From positions 1 through 64,000 of the forward strand of contig CAWEWF010000006.1 in the NCBI GenBank assembly GCA_963812605.1: a stretch of 64,000 nt of DNA. Direction: 5' to 3'. A program made the position numbers and the translations under genes. The DNA is from an uncultured Verrucomicrobiae bacterium. GTDB lineage: Bacteria > Verrucomicrobiota > Verrucomicrobiia > Palsa-1439. Numbering within the stretch: position 1 is the stretch's first letter; every line of letters begins with the position of its first letter. The notes under the pieces were generated by a model. It searched no databases and had not been told where the DNA came from. It was given only the letters and a program-made list of their open reading frames with translations. Positions 50,996-61,297 of the stretch are shown piece after piece.

Positions 50996-51433
50996 ATGAC
51001 AAACCCTGATCTGAATGAGCAAATGGCCGCCTCCGTCGAGCTGGTTAATACGGCGCTCCAGGACTACTCGGACAAGGACTGGAACTATAGCCGCATCTCA
51101 TTGATTATACGCCCATTAGACACATTGGATGGCCCGTATATCCTGCGGCTTGAGTCTCTGGACTTGAAGACAAAACAGGGCCGCGCCGACCTTAAAACGC
51201 TGTCAGACGAAGTGAAATGGGGAGAGCGCCACACTTCCGAACTCGGTATGCTGGAAGTAGTTAGCTTGCGAATCAACAAGGCGCTTCTGGAAGTCAGCAG
51301 TGACGAGCGCTGGCAATTCAAGCGGCCTGTCCTTCGTATCGCGAAGAAAGAATCCCTTGCAGGAAAACAGGATACCTACGCTCTTTGGTATCAAATCAAG
51401 GAGGTGGCAGGCGAGGATTTCGAGAACCGCTAA
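50996..51433 (+). CDS. hypothetical protein (AT-richer orphan)
   Basis: 145-aa ORF convergent with thiS; no recognised motif. Confidence 0.6.
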   Translation: MTNPDLNEQMAASVELVNTALQDYSDKDWNYSRISLIIRPLDTLDGPYILRLESLDLKTKQGRADLKTLSDEVKWGERHTSELGMLEVVSLRINKALLEVSSDERWQFKRPVLRIAKKESLAGKQDTYALWYQIKEVAGEDFENR

Positions 51434-51645
51434 CCGCCGGCCACTGGCACAATCACCTCAAGGTTGTCGCCGCTCCCGAGCATCGTCTCCGTCAATTCCA
51501 CGCGGCCCAACACCCGTCCGTTGTATTCGACCACGACCTGCGTGGCCTTCCAGCCACACCTAGTGACGAAATTGGCCACCGAGCAGGGCGACCCAATCTC
51601 CTCTTCCTTACCGTTGGCGAAAATCTTGATGGACTCAGGCTTCAT
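51430..51645 (-). CDS. thiS: sulfur carrier protein
   Basis: IFANGKE..VVVEYNGRVL..GDNLEVIVPVAGG (C-terminal GG). Confidence 0.92.
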   Translation of the reverse strand: MKPESIKIFANGKEEEIGSPCSVANFVTRCGWKATQVVVEYNGRVLGRVELTETMLGSGDNLEVIVPVAGG

Positions 51646-52840
51646 TGAGGGCCGATTCCCAATCCTTCCACACCGTTTCATAGCCCATTTGTTCCAGCCG
51701 CGCCGCGACCTCCGCTGGCGAGCGATTATCGGCAATTTCAAATTGCACCGTTGCATGCTCCCCTTCGGACTCGATTAGCGGTGCTGACTGCTTGATCATG
51801 CGACCGCCCTTCGTCACATGCAACTCCGCCTTCCCCTGCCCCGTGTAACCGCCCGGCTCGGTATGACTGCCCGCGCTCATCATCGTGATGCCCAGGGGAA
51901 TCAAGTTGTCGCGCAGTTTCGCCGACTCGCGTGTACTCAGGACCAACCCAATCTCGGGGAACGCCAGACGCAGCGCGCAGATAAATTGCACAAGCTCGCG
52001 GTCGCTCATGTTCACCAACGGCTCGAACTCCCCGGCTGCCGGCCGCAACCGCGGCGCGCTGATCGTCAGTTGCGCCATCCAACATTTCCTCAACAAATGT
52101 GTCGCGTGCGCCGCCAGCGCAATCGCCTCGTTGCGCCACGGCGCCAGGCCCAGTAACGCGCCAATGCCGAGCCGCTTGAACCCGGCCGCGTAGCCGCGCT
52201 CCAAAGTATCCAACCGCCAGTCCATGTCTTTCTTCGGCCCGCTCACGTGCATCGCGTCGTACACGCCGCGATCATAGGTTTCCTGGTAGACAACAAGCCC
52301 CTCCGCACCCGCCTGCGCGATCGGCACGTACTGCTCCGTCTCCAGTGGACCCACCTCCAGTGAAATGCTCGGCCAATCGGCATGCAGCCGCGCCACACAG
52401 TCACGCAGGTAATTGTCGGAGATAAAATGCGGATGCTCGCCCGCGACGAGCAAAATGTGGCGAAAACCCTGCTCGCGCAGGTATCGAGCTTCCGTCGCCA
52501 CCTGCTCCACGGACAACGTCACGCGCAAAATAGGGTTGTCCCGGGAAAAGCCGCAGTACTGGCAAATATTGATGCACTCGTTGCTAACGTACAACGGCGC
52601 AAAAAACCGCATCACCCGCCCAAAATATTTCTCGGTCAGATCGTGCGACTGTCGGGCCAGCGCTTCGAGATAAGGCGGCTTGGCCGCGGCTGGCGAAATC
52701 AGCGCCGCGAAATCGGTCGCCCCTAGGCGACCGCCCTGAGCTTGTCGAAGGGCCCGCTCCACGTCGGCAGCCGTCGCGTTTTGCGAAAACGTGGAAAGCT
52801 CCGCCAAGGCGAGGCTGTCAAACTCGGAGGAAAAGCTCAT
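51635..52840 (-). CDS. thiH: 2-iminoacetate synthase (radical SAM)
   Basis: [47 protein letters not shown]. Confidence 0.95.
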   Translation of the reverse strand: MSFSSEFDSLALAELSTFSQNATAADVERALRQAQGGRLGATDFAALISPAAAKPPYLEALARQSHDLTEKYFGRVMRFFAPLYVSNECINICQYCGFSRDNPILRVTLSVEQVATEARYLREQGFRHILLVAGEHPHFISDNYLRDCVARLHADWPSISLEVGPLETEQYVPIAQAGAEGLVVYQETYDRGVYDAMHVSGPKKDMDWRLDTLERGYAAGFKRLGIGALLGLAPWRNEAIALAAHATHLLRKCWMAQLTISAPRLRPAAGEFEPLVNMSDRELVQFICALRLAFPEIGLVLSTRESAKLRDNLIPLGITMMSAGSHTEPGGYTGQGKAELHVTKGGRMIKQSAPLIESEGEHATVQFEIADNRSPAEVAARLEQMGYETVWKDWESALNEA

Positions 52841-53631
52841 GGCTCATCGAGAAACCCGGTCAGCGGACTCGTCGCCTCGGCCTCTTTCCGTTTCGGGGCC
52901 AGACCCACTTCATACGCCGCGCGACCAGCTTCGACCGCCGCCCGAAACGCCGCCGCCATGCGCACCGGGTCGGCGGCAACGGCAACCGCGGTGTTCACCA
53001 GCACGGCATCGGCCCCCATCTCCAGCGCTTCCGCCGCATGCGACGGCGCGCCCAGTCCCGCATCGACCACCACCGGCACGGTCGCCTGCTCAATGATGAT
53101 TTCGATGTTCGCCCGCGTCTCGATGCCGCGCGCGCTGCCGATGGGCGAACCGAGCGGCATGACCGTCGCGCAACCAGCATCTTCCAGCCGTTTCGCCAGC
53201 ACGGGATCGGCATTGATGTAGGGCAACACCGTGAAGCCTTCCTTCACCAAAATCTCCGCCGCTTTCAAGGTCTCGATGGGATCGGGCAGCAGGTAGCGCG
53301 GATCGGGATGGATCTCCAACTTCAACCAGGCCGAACCCGTGGCCTCGCGTCCCAGGCGCGCCAGCCGGCAGGCTTCTTCGGCATTGCGCGCGCCGCTGGT
53401 GTTCGGCAGCAACAGATACCTCTTTGCGTCAACGAACGTCAGGATATTGGCGAACTTGTCGCGTTGGCCGGACAAATCCGCGCGCCGCAACGCCACGGTC
53501 ACCATCTCCGCGCCGCTGGCTTCGAGGGCCGCGGCCATGATCTCGCCCGAGGCGAATTTGCCCGTGCCCATGATCAGGCGCGAACTGAAATCGCGGTTGG
53601 CGATGCGTAGCTTTTGTGGCCTGTCGGTCAT
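52837..53631 (-). CDS. thiG: thiazole synthase
   Basis: [41 protein letters not shown]. Confidence 0.96.
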   Translation of the reverse strand: MTDRPQKLRIANRDFSSRLIMGTGKFASGEIMAAALEASGAEMVTVALRRADLSGQRDKFANILTFVDAKRYLLLPNTSGARNAEEACRLARLGREATGSAWLKLEIHPDPRYLLPDPIETLKAAEILVKEGFTVLPYINADPVLAKRLEDAGCATVMPLGSPIGSARGIETRANIEIIIEQATVPVVVDAGLGAPSHAAEALEMGADAVLVNTAVAVAADPVRMAAAFRAAVEAGRAAYEVGLAPKRKEAEATSPLTGFLDEP

Positions 53632-54335
53632 TCCGGACGGTATAACTCCTGGTTGAGCGGGTAATTCCCCGGCGTGCGCGCGACGACCAGGGAACCGTCC
53701 TTCACGAAGTAACCGTGATTGCCCATGGCGTATTCCGCGCGATCCAGCCGCTTGAGTTCCTCCACCCGCTTCTGATGCAATTCCTGTTTCACGAGGTAGA
53801 TTTGGTCCTTCAAGGCCTTCAGGTCATGCAGCTTCGCGTCCAGCGCGACCTTCTCATTGTTCAGGCGGACGTATTCCTCCCGCATCGCTTGCAGGTGCGC
53901 GACTGTCGTAGTGTGGGCCTTTTCCAAATCCGCATATTTCTGGTCTATCTCCGAGATTTGATCGCTGAGCACCTTCAACTCGCTCGCCATGTTTGTCTTG
54001 TCCTGCGAGAGCGCGTCCACTTTCGCCTGCTCCTCTTGTAGTTTCAGTTGAGACTGCTGCTCCTGGTTGTCCATGTCGGCCTTGAGCGACGACATTTTCT
54101 TTTCTGTGTCAGTCTTCTCATCGGTCAATTTCGAGATTGTCTGCTGCAGTTCCTCGACCTTGGCCTGCATCTGCGTTTTGACCGTGCTGGTTTCCGTTCG
54201 CGCTGCCGCCAGCTCATTGGTCGCGGTCGTCAACTGCTCCTGCGTTTGCTCCAACTTCTGGTCCGAACCGCAGCCGGCCAACAACATTGCCGCGGCGATC
54301 ATTCCGATCCCCGTCCCCACGATTTGATGTTTCAT
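53628..54335 (-). CDS. coiled-coil lipoprotein
   Basis: Lipobox LLAGC, ~170-aa heptad-rich helix, short C-terminal [10 protein letters not shown] motif. Confidence 0.8.
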   Translation of the reverse strand: MKHQIVGTGIGMIAAAMLLAGCGSDQKLEQTQEQLTTATNELAAARTETSTVKTQMQAKVEELQQTISKLTDEKTDTEKKMSSLKADMDNQEQQSQLKLQEEQAKVDALSQDKTNMASELKVLSDQISEIDQKYADLEKAHTTTVAHLQAMREEYVRLNNEKVALDAKLHDLKALKDQIYLVKQELHQKRVEELKRLDRAEYAMGNHGYFVKDGSLVVARTPGNYPLNQELYRPE

Positions 54336-54338
54336 TAC

Positions 54339-55154
54339 TCATTTCTCCTTCAGTTTTACCAACACTTCATTTGCGCTGCCGCGCCGGTACCCCTGCAGAT
54401 CGAGCGTCACATACGCATACCCGATCTTCCTCAATGCCTGGGTTACCGCCCCCCGCACTTCCTCCTCGAAAAATTTCTGAAACTCATCCGCGCCAACCTC
54501 GATGCGCGCCATGTCCTTGTGATGGCGCACCCGTACTTCATAAAACCCCGCGTCCCGCAATACGTTCTCCGCCGCCTCGATCATCCGCAATGCCTCTTCC
54601 GTCACCGGCTCGCCGTATGGAATCCGCGACGACAAACAGGCCATCGCCGGCTTGTCCGCCGTCGGCAAGCCCAACTCCGCCGATAACTCGCGAATCTCCG
54701 CCTTCGTCAATCCCACTTCCTTCAACGGCGCGCGCACCTGATATTCCTTCGCGGCCACAGCGCCCGGTCGATAATCCCCCACATCGCTGGCATTCTCTCC
54801 ATACAGAATCGTCTGCCAGCCTTCGCGCTGCGCAATTTCAGCCAAGCTCTCAAACAACTCGCTCTTGCAGAAATAACAGCGGTTCGACGGGTTGCTGGTG
54901 TAGTTCTCATCCCCCATCTCCTCTGTCTTGATCACCCGCACGGGAAACCCGAATTGCTCCGCAATCTCCAGCGCCTCCTGCAACTCCCGCCGCGGCAAGC
55001 TCGGGGAATCCGCGATCACCGCCAGCGCCTTGTCTCCCAGCGCATCGTGCGCGACCTTCGCGAGAAACACACTGTCCACCCCGCCGGAATAAGCCACGAG
55101 CGTGCGTCCCCCAGAGCGGAGCGCAGCCTTGAGTTGATCGAGTTTCCCGGTCAC
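54339..55154 (-). CDS. larE: ATP-dependent sulfur transferase, LarE/TIGR00268 family
   Basis: PP-loop AYSGGVDS, RCYFCK, DYRPG, ACLSSRIPYG, VRVRHH, LDLQGYRRGS. Confidence 0.92.
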   Translation of the reverse strand: MTGKLDQLKAALRSGGRTLVAYSGGVDSVFLAKVAHDALGDKALAVIADSPSLPRRELQEALEIAEQFGFPVRVIKTEEMGDENYTSNPSNRCYFCKSELFESLAEIAQREGWQTILYGENASDVGDYRPGAVAAKEYQVRAPLKEVGLTKAEIRELSAELGLPTADKPAMACLSSRIPYGEPVTEEALRMIEAAENVLRDAGFYEVRVRHHKDMARIEVGADEFQKFFEEEVRGAVTQALRKIGYAYVTLDLQGYRRGSANEVLVKLKEK

Positions 55155-55189
55155 AACAGAATTCTATCGCCGAACCGCAGGAGTGTCAA
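55155..55189 (-). promoter_or_regulatory. sigma-70 promoter, leaderless larE mRNA
   Basis: TTGACA-17-TAGAAT-6 nt-GTG. Confidence 0.75.
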
Positions 55190-55212
55190 AGCGGAAGGCC
55201 GACCTGCTGGTC

Positions 55213-55509
55213 TCAACCAAGACGCGTCGGGTCCAGCAATTTGGCCCCGTGGTGAATCGTCAACAATTCAACCACGTCTTCGCGGAGGCGGTACACAATC
55301 CGATAGTTGCCGAAAATGATTTCGCGAACCGCTGGATCTTCCTTTTCGGGAACAATCCTGCCCGATTCCGGAAACGGCCCCAGGCGCTCCACAGCGGCGA
55401 ATACATCAATCACGAAGAGGCTGGCGTATTGTGGGGAATCCTGCGCTATAAAGTCTGCGATCGCCTCAAGATCGCTGGCAGCCTGTGACGTCCATCTTAC
55501 TTCAGCCAC
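55213..55509 (-). CDS. RelE/ParE family toxin
   Basis: VRWTSQAASDLEAIADFIAQDS..FPESGRIVPE..REIIFGNYRIVY..IHHGA. Confidence 0.9.
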   Translation of the reverse strand: MAEVRWTSQAASDLEAIADFIAQDSPQYASLFVIDVFAAVERLGPFPESGRIVPEKEDPAVREIIFGNYRIVYRLREDVVELLTIHHGAKLLDPTRLG

Positions 55510-55679
55510 TTGGCCATCTGCTCCTTCACCTGTGCGTGAGGGATCGTTTGCCCGGCATCCGCCTGCTGCAGTCCGCGGTCAATCTTCGCAAGAAACAACA
55601 ACCGCTGCATGGCGTCTTCAAACGTCGCGTCATCCGGCAAACCTTGAACCGCTTGAAGGACTTTTTGCTTGGTTGTCAC
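55497..55679 (-). CDS. antitoxin of the RelE/ParE module
   Basis: LPDDATFEDAM..KIDRGLQQADAGQTIPHAQV; overlaps the toxin; own promoter TTGACA-17-TAATAT-6-GTG. Confidence 0.85.
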   Translation of the reverse strand: MTTKQKVLQAVQGLPDDATFEDAMQRLLFLAKIDRGLQQADAGQTIPHAQVKEQMAKWLK

Positions 55680-55726
55680 AGGCGAATATTAGACCTAATT
55701 GCTGTGGGTGTCAAAGCTAAGCACGG

Positions 55727-56179
55727 TCAGGGGGGAGGTGGCAAACGAAACGGTTCATCCCTTTCCAGTCGTTTTCCCATGCTGACAACATCATCAACCT
55801 TGAAGCCGATGCTCTTGTAGACCTCAATCACCTGCGCATTTGAGGTTCTGACCTGCAAGTTGATCTTTGGACAACCCGCCTGTCGCAACAATCGCTCCGC
55901 CTCCTCCATGATTTGCCGGGCAAAGCCGCGCTTCTGGTATTCAGGAGCAACCGCCAGATAGTTGATCCATCCCCGGTGCCCCTCATACCCCACCATGCAA
56001 GTGGCCACAACCTTCCCGTCCAGTTCGCCCACCAGAAACCACTCAGGGTTAACGCGCAGTTTTCTCGTAATGTCCCGGTGCGGATTGTTCTGGGGCCCTA
56101 CCAACTGACAAGCCACCCACAACCCCACTACAGCGTCTTCGTCAGCGGAACGGTACGGGCGTATTTGAAGCGCAGTCAT
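55727..56179 (-). CDS. GNAT acetyltransferase (YpeA-like)
   Basis: MVGYEGHRGWINYLAVAPEYQKRG..GCPKINLQVR. Confidence 0.88.
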   Translation of the reverse strand: MTALQIRPYRSADEDAVVGLWVACQLVGPQNNPHRDITRKLRVNPEWFLVGELDGKVVATCMVGYEGHRGWINYLAVAPEYQKRGFARQIMEEAERLLRQAGCPKINLQVRTSNAQVIEVYKSIGFKVDDVVSMGKRLERDEPFRLPPPP

Positions 56180-56216
56180 TGTGAGATCAAATACGAAGAT
56201 GGAGTGTTACGAGCAC

Positions 56217-56702
56217 TCAACGCGGCACAGCCCATCGAAGCGTATGCTGCATCGTTCTGAGAAGCATGTACTGCTCTGGGATTGCTTTAGGCCAGCCTTC
56301 CTTTTTTGCCTTATCCTTCAAGTCGTCGGCAATCATCTCGTAGATTCTCGGCACAGTATAAACCGTCCCTCCTCCGAGTGTCTTATGTGCAGAGTCGCTG
56401 CCCATAATGACTGCCCACTGTTCGATCTTGGTGCTCTTGTCGAGAGAGGGGAACACCTGGGGGAAAATGTACTTCGTTCCCGTGGCGAACTTCTTCTTGA
56501 ACCGAGTCTCCCGCTTCGTCCAATTGTGAGAGTCCATCGACGGCTCGATGTGTAAAATCCGGTTGGTCTTGGGATCGTACGCGACAACATCGAGTTCGCC
56601 AGCGTGCCCTCCATGCTTAAGAGGGCCGACCTTGACATTGTTTCGGACAAAGTAACCCTTAAACTCAAGCCATTCCGAAATCAATTGCTCCAGATGGTTC
56701 AT
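56217..56702 (-). CDS. PD-(D/E)XK-like putative nuclease
   Basis: LEQLISEWLEFKGYFV..GELDVVAY..LHIEPS. Confidence 0.7.
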   Translation of the reverse strand: MNHLEQLISEWLEFKGYFVRNNVKVGPLKHGGHAGELDVVAYDPKTNRILHIEPSMDSHNWTKRETRFKKKFATGTKYIFPQVFPSLDKSTKIEQWAVIMGSDSAHKTLGGGTVYTVPRIYEMIADDLKDKAKKEGWPKAIPEQYMLLRTMQHTLRWAVPR

Positions 56703-56712
56703 CCTGCTGTCT

Positions 56713-56801
56713 TACTTCACATCCTCGCCCAACTCGACGTTCCAATACGCCAGGTCGAGGAAATGTTTCCAGCTATCGTGGGCGACGCTGCTGATGGTGA
56801 C
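56713..56801 (-). repeat. 89-bp duplicate of the 3' end of the HNH gene
   Basis: Matches 57408-57496 with 3 substitutions. Confidence 0.95.
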
Positions 56802-56826
56802 GAATAAACGCATCCACGCCTCCGAG

Positions 56827-57132
56827 TCAGGCTTTCTTCTTGGTCCGCGCGTCCAACCACTTGCGGAGCGATACCTGTGATTCGCCAGAGGGTCGTCCTG
56901 CGAGAATCCCTTCCAAGCTTATGTCTTCGTCGAGATCGGGCCAGTGAATGCCCACGCCGCGTCCGAGAAGCTCCCAATGAGAACGCTCGGTGGAGGTCGC
57001 ATGCACAAGACGGGGAAACCAGGCAAGCGGACAGGACATCGTCCGTCCGTCCGTGAGATCAACGGACAGGGACTCCGCCGTGATTTTCACATCTTGAATG
57101 GCGACTTTCTGTTCACCGACCAAAGTACTCAT
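56827..57132 (-). CDS. DUF2442 protein (putative antitoxin)
   Basis: LTDGRTMSCPLAWFPRL..GVGIHWPDLDEDISLEG. Confidence 0.88.
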   Translation of the reverse strand: MSTLVGEQKVAIQDVKITAESLSVDLTDGRTMSCPLAWFPRLVHATSTERSHWELLGRGVGIHWPDLDEDISLEGILAGRPSGESQVSLRKWLDARTKKKA

Positions 57133-57349
57133 GCCACGACTCCATTATCTTGGCTGTATTATCTGCCACAATCCGCTGAATGTCCATGAGTTCCGACCGA
57201 CTGAATCCACCGCTTCGGGAAAGACGAACAGGCTCCAGCCAAAACTTTGCCAGCCGATTCTCGCGTTGCACATGAATGTGTAGTGGTTCGTCACGGTCAC
57301 TGGAATAAAAGAAAAATCGGTACGGCCCGTGATGAAAGACGGTCGGCAT
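57113..57349 (-). CDS. DUF4160 protein (putative toxin)
   Basis: MPTV..YRFFFYSSDRDEPLHIHV..AKFWL. Confidence 0.88.
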   Translation of the reverse strand: MPTVFHHGPYRFFFYSSDRDEPLHIHVQRENRLAKFWLEPVRLSRSGGFSRSELMDIQRIVADNTAKIMESWHEYFGR

Positions 57350-57406
57350 CGACGCAGAATAGAAAACGTTACCAAGCCGAGCAAGCGCATTTACTGCGCC
57401 CCGCCC

Positions 57407-58024
57407 CTACTTCACATCCTCACCCAACTCGACGTTCCAGTACGCCAGATCGAGGAAATGTTTCCAGCTATCGTGGGCGACGCTGCTGATGGTGACATTC
57501 ACGAAGGGACGCCACTTCGGGCGCTTGGGTTTCTTGATGAGGTGCATGCCGGCCTCCGTCGGCGTGCGGTTGGCTTTGCGCGTGTTGCACGGGATGCACG
57601 CGCAGACAATATTTTCCCACGTGGTCGTGCCGCCGCGGTCGCGCGGGACGATGTGGTCGAGATTCAATTCGCGGCGGTCGAAATGTTTGCCGCAATACTG
57701 GCAGGTGTTGTGGTCGCGCTCGAAAATATTGTGCCGCGTGAATTTCACTTCCTTGTGCGGCAGCCGGTCGAAAAACAGCAACAGGATCACGCGCGGGATG
57801 CGGATCTTGAACGAGACGGTGTGGACCACGTCCTCGCCGTGGTGTCCCTGGCTGAATTCCCGCCACTCGTGGAAATCAAAGGTTTGGAAATCGCCGCTGT
57901 CCTCGAGGACCACCTCGGCGTGGCCCATGTACAGGAGCATGAACGCGCGTTCGACCGTGCAGACGTTGATCGCCTGCCACAGACGATTGAGCACCAACAC
58001 GTTTTCGTTTAGCACGTTCCTCAT
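57407..58024 (-). CDS. HNH endonuclease family protein
   Basis: VLVLN, IPRVILL, RHNIFERDHNTCQYCG..LNLDHIVPRDRGG..WENIVCACIPCNTRK. Confidence 0.92.
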   Translation of the reverse strand: MRNVLNENVLVLNRLWQAINVCTVERAFMLLYMGHAEVVLEDSGDFQTFDFHEWREFSQGHHGEDVVHTVSFKIRIPRVILLLFFDRLPHKEVKFTRHNIFERDHNTCQYCGKHFDRRELNLDHIVPRDRGGTTTWENIVCACIPCNTRKANRTPTEAGMHLIKKPKRPKWRPFVNVTISSVAHDSWKHFLDLAYWNVELGEDVK

Positions 58025-58191
58025 GGCCCATTCCCAGAGGGTCGCACCGACTCGAAGCGATGCGCTGGCAAAATCTTATCATAGCCGCCGGATGTCGTCA
58101 ATCAGCGACCTCCAGCCCTGCGCGCCAAAGAATTGCGAAGAAAATATCTGGGTACTGGCTAACCGTCAACGCAATTACTAGAATGCCCACC

Positions 58192-59736
58192 ATGTCGAAA
58201 CGGGGGAAATCTGCCGCGCTGCTGTTGATCATTATTGGCGGTTTTCTCCTCCGGTTGGCCGGACTCTATTGGGGGCAGGCATTTCATCACGCATCCTCCG
58301 GAGACGAAATGGATGCCTACCGCATCGCCTTGGAGTTCGCTTCCGGTGAGCCGCACGCACAATACATCGGACAGCCAACCTTCAAAGGCGGTCACGTGCC
58401 CGGCCCGCTCTGGGCGCTCTTCTGGCTCGCCGGTTTCAAGATCAGCGGCTCCCCCGATTCCGTCTGCTTGCTGATTATCCTCCTCGGCACGGCCACGATT
58501 TACCTCGTCCACCGGCTGGCGGAGAAACTTCTGGGACCGGAGTATTCGCTGTGGGCGGCACTCTTTTGCGCCACGTCACCTTGGGCCGTCCATTATTCCG
58601 TCGGCGCGACGAATCCCCTGCCGATGGCGTTCCTCGGTGGATTGTTATACCTGGCGTTGTGGGATGTGCTGACGAGAGAGAAATCTCCAAAAATTTTCTG
58701 GGTCTGCGTCGTCCTGGCCATCATGCCGCAATTTCACATGGTGGTCATATTCCTGGCGCCCGCCGTTCTGTTGCTGCTGGCCTTGAACGCATCGCGCATA
58801 AATTGGCGCTGGCTGGCGGCGGGCGTGGTTGTGTCTGTTGCGCTTTATGTCCCGTACATCCTCGGCGAAATGCATCATGGATGGGGAAATACCCACGCCA
58901 TTCTCACCGGCCACCAAAATTCGTCCCCCGGAGTCCTGAAGGCCCTGATCCTGCCCTTCACCGACCTCTCCAACCTCATCAGCAGTATCACGGGCGATAA
59001 ATTCGCGGACTACCGTGCATTCGGCGATACTTGTTTCGGGTCAATCTGGGTCTTGATCGCCTTCAACGTCCTGTCGCTCGCTCTGGCAACCGCCATCATC
59101 GCCAATTTTCTGGTTTCATTCATTCGCGTCCTGCGCCGTAACTGGCCCTCGCCTCGCCGGGCCTTTGCAGTCGCTCCCGCCGAGGTATTTATCGGTCTGC
59201 TTTTTTTCCTGCCACCGCTCCTGTTCATCGCGTCCTTCAGTAATTTCAGCAGCCGCTACCTGATCATTGAATTCCCGCTCTCGTTCCTGCTGCCGGCCCT
59301 GTTTGTGGTTCGCAACCTGGCGAAAAATCGCTGGCGAAAACCGATTCTGGCAGCGTTGCTCGCGACGGTTGTGTTCAACGTCTACCTGACGCTCGCCTCC
59401 TTCCGCTATCAGGGAACGCTCATCGAAACTGGCGACCGGTTCCTCCCCAGCTTTCGGAAAATGGAGACGGTCCGCCAGCGACTCAAAGCCGATGCCGGCA
59501 CCGGCGCGCGTTTCCAGATTGATCAAGTGCCGCTTCTCGCAGACAAGAGGCGCTGGACGGCTGCGGGAGCGGTGACCCTGGCGGACTATGTCAACCTGCG
59601 CGAGAAGTACGACCCATCAAGCGCGACGGCGCAAAACATTAAGACCTATCGCGTGCTCCAAGCGACGGACTATGTAGCGACGAGCGACCATGTCGCCTAC
59701 GCCGGCAATGGCCTCGTCATCGTGACATCGAATTAG
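58192..59736 (+). CDS. GT-C (ArnT/PMT_2-like) glycosyltransferase, paralog of 31922..33565
   Basis: GFLLRL..SGDE..PGPLW..SPWAVHYS..QFH. Confidence 0.8.
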   Translation: MSKRGKSAALLLIIIGGFLLRLAGLYWGQAFHHASSGDEMDAYRIALEFASGEPHAQYIGQPTFKGGHVPGPLWALFWLAGFKISGSPDSVCLLIILLGTATIYLVHRLAEKLLGPEYSLWAALFCATSPWAVHYSVGATNPLPMAFLGGLLYLALWDVLTREKSPKIFWVCVVLAIMPQFHMVVIFLAPAVLLLLALNASRINWRWLAAGVVVSVALYVPYILGEMHHGWGNTHAILTGHQNSSPGVLKALILPFTDLSNLISSITGDKFADYRAFGDTCFGSIWVLIAFNVLSLALATAIIANFLVSFIRVLRRNWPSPRRAFAVAPAEVFIGLLFFLPPLLFIASFSNFSSRYLIIEFPLSFLLPALFVVRNLAKNRWRKPILAALLATVVFNVYLTLASFRYQGTLIETGDRFLPSFRKMETVRQRLKADAGTGARFQIDQVPLLADKRRWTAAGAVTLADYVNLREKYDPSSATAQNIKTYRVLQATDYVATSDHVAYAGNGLVIVTSN

Positions 59737-59762
59737 CGCGCATCCTGGCAGTGCCACCAGAT

Positions 59763-59815
59763 TGTAGCCGCGAATCGCATTCGCGGCCCTGCCCGCCGTG
59801 AAAATGTTTCGCGGC
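59763..59815. repeat. GTAG-type REP doublet (degenerate copy of 10655)
   Basis: TGTAGCCGCGAATCGCATTCGCGGC...GCCGTGAAAATGTTTCGCGGC. Confidence 0.85.
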
Positions 59816-59910
59816 ACCAAAGAGCTCCGTTCATAACAGGGTCAAGATGCGTCCCGTTCCCAAAAAACCATCAGGATTCGGCTCGACAGCACTCGCGTTT
59901 TCCTTAATAA

Positions 59911-60885
<975 letters not shown>

Positions 60886-60936
60886 TGCCGCCGGTATAGC
60901 GGCGCTGCTGTGAAGCGCTCTTCTGCGTTTCAAGGC

Positions 60937-60966
60937 AACACAGAGGTCAATCGCCTCTGTGTTTTT
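60937..60966 (+). terminator. intrinsic terminator after mdh
   Basis: AACACAGAGG-TCAATCG-CCTCTGTGTT-TTT. Confidence 0.75.
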
Positions 60967-60979
60967 CGTCCCCTCACCT

Positions 60980-61006
60980 TGTCATTCTGAGCGAAGCGAA
61001 GAATCT
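60980..61006. repeat. TGTCATT...GAATCT REP-like element
   Basis: TGTCATTCTGAGCGAAGCGAAGAATCT. Confidence 0.7.
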
Positions 61007-61051
61007 CTGCTGTTTTGCCCGGAGCAGGGAGTTCTCCGCGTCACGAAGCAT

Positions 61052-61297
61052 CTAAGGAAAATCTGTGCAAGGATTTATATTTGCTGGATTACAGCGACGA
61101 ATTCGGCGAATGGTCAAGATACTTCCCCAAACGAGGCCGTGCTTCAGGTAAGCTGCTACAGCATATTTTGAACAGGACGGGTGAAAGCGACAGATAGTGC
61201 GGGTGCGTGTGTTATACCAAGGACCGAGCCGCCGACACCACAAAGAGTACACAGTATACGCCGCTATGCGACCGAATCTGCCGCCGCTGCTAGCCAC
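61052..61297 (-). CDS. YidD-like (haemolytic domain) protein
   Basis: CRFHPSCSKYAVAAYLKHG..GSILTIRRIRRCNP; GTG start with GAGGAG SD. Confidence 0.78.
   Translation of the reverse strand: MASSGGRFGRIAAYTVYSLWCRRLGPWYNTRTRTICRFHPSCSKYAVAAYLKHGLVWGSILTIRRIRRCNPANINPCTDFP

Noticed and set aside
53632-55212. TPP riboswitch for thiGHS
   Set aside because: No intergenic space before thiG, and no TPP aptamer core recognised upstream of larE.
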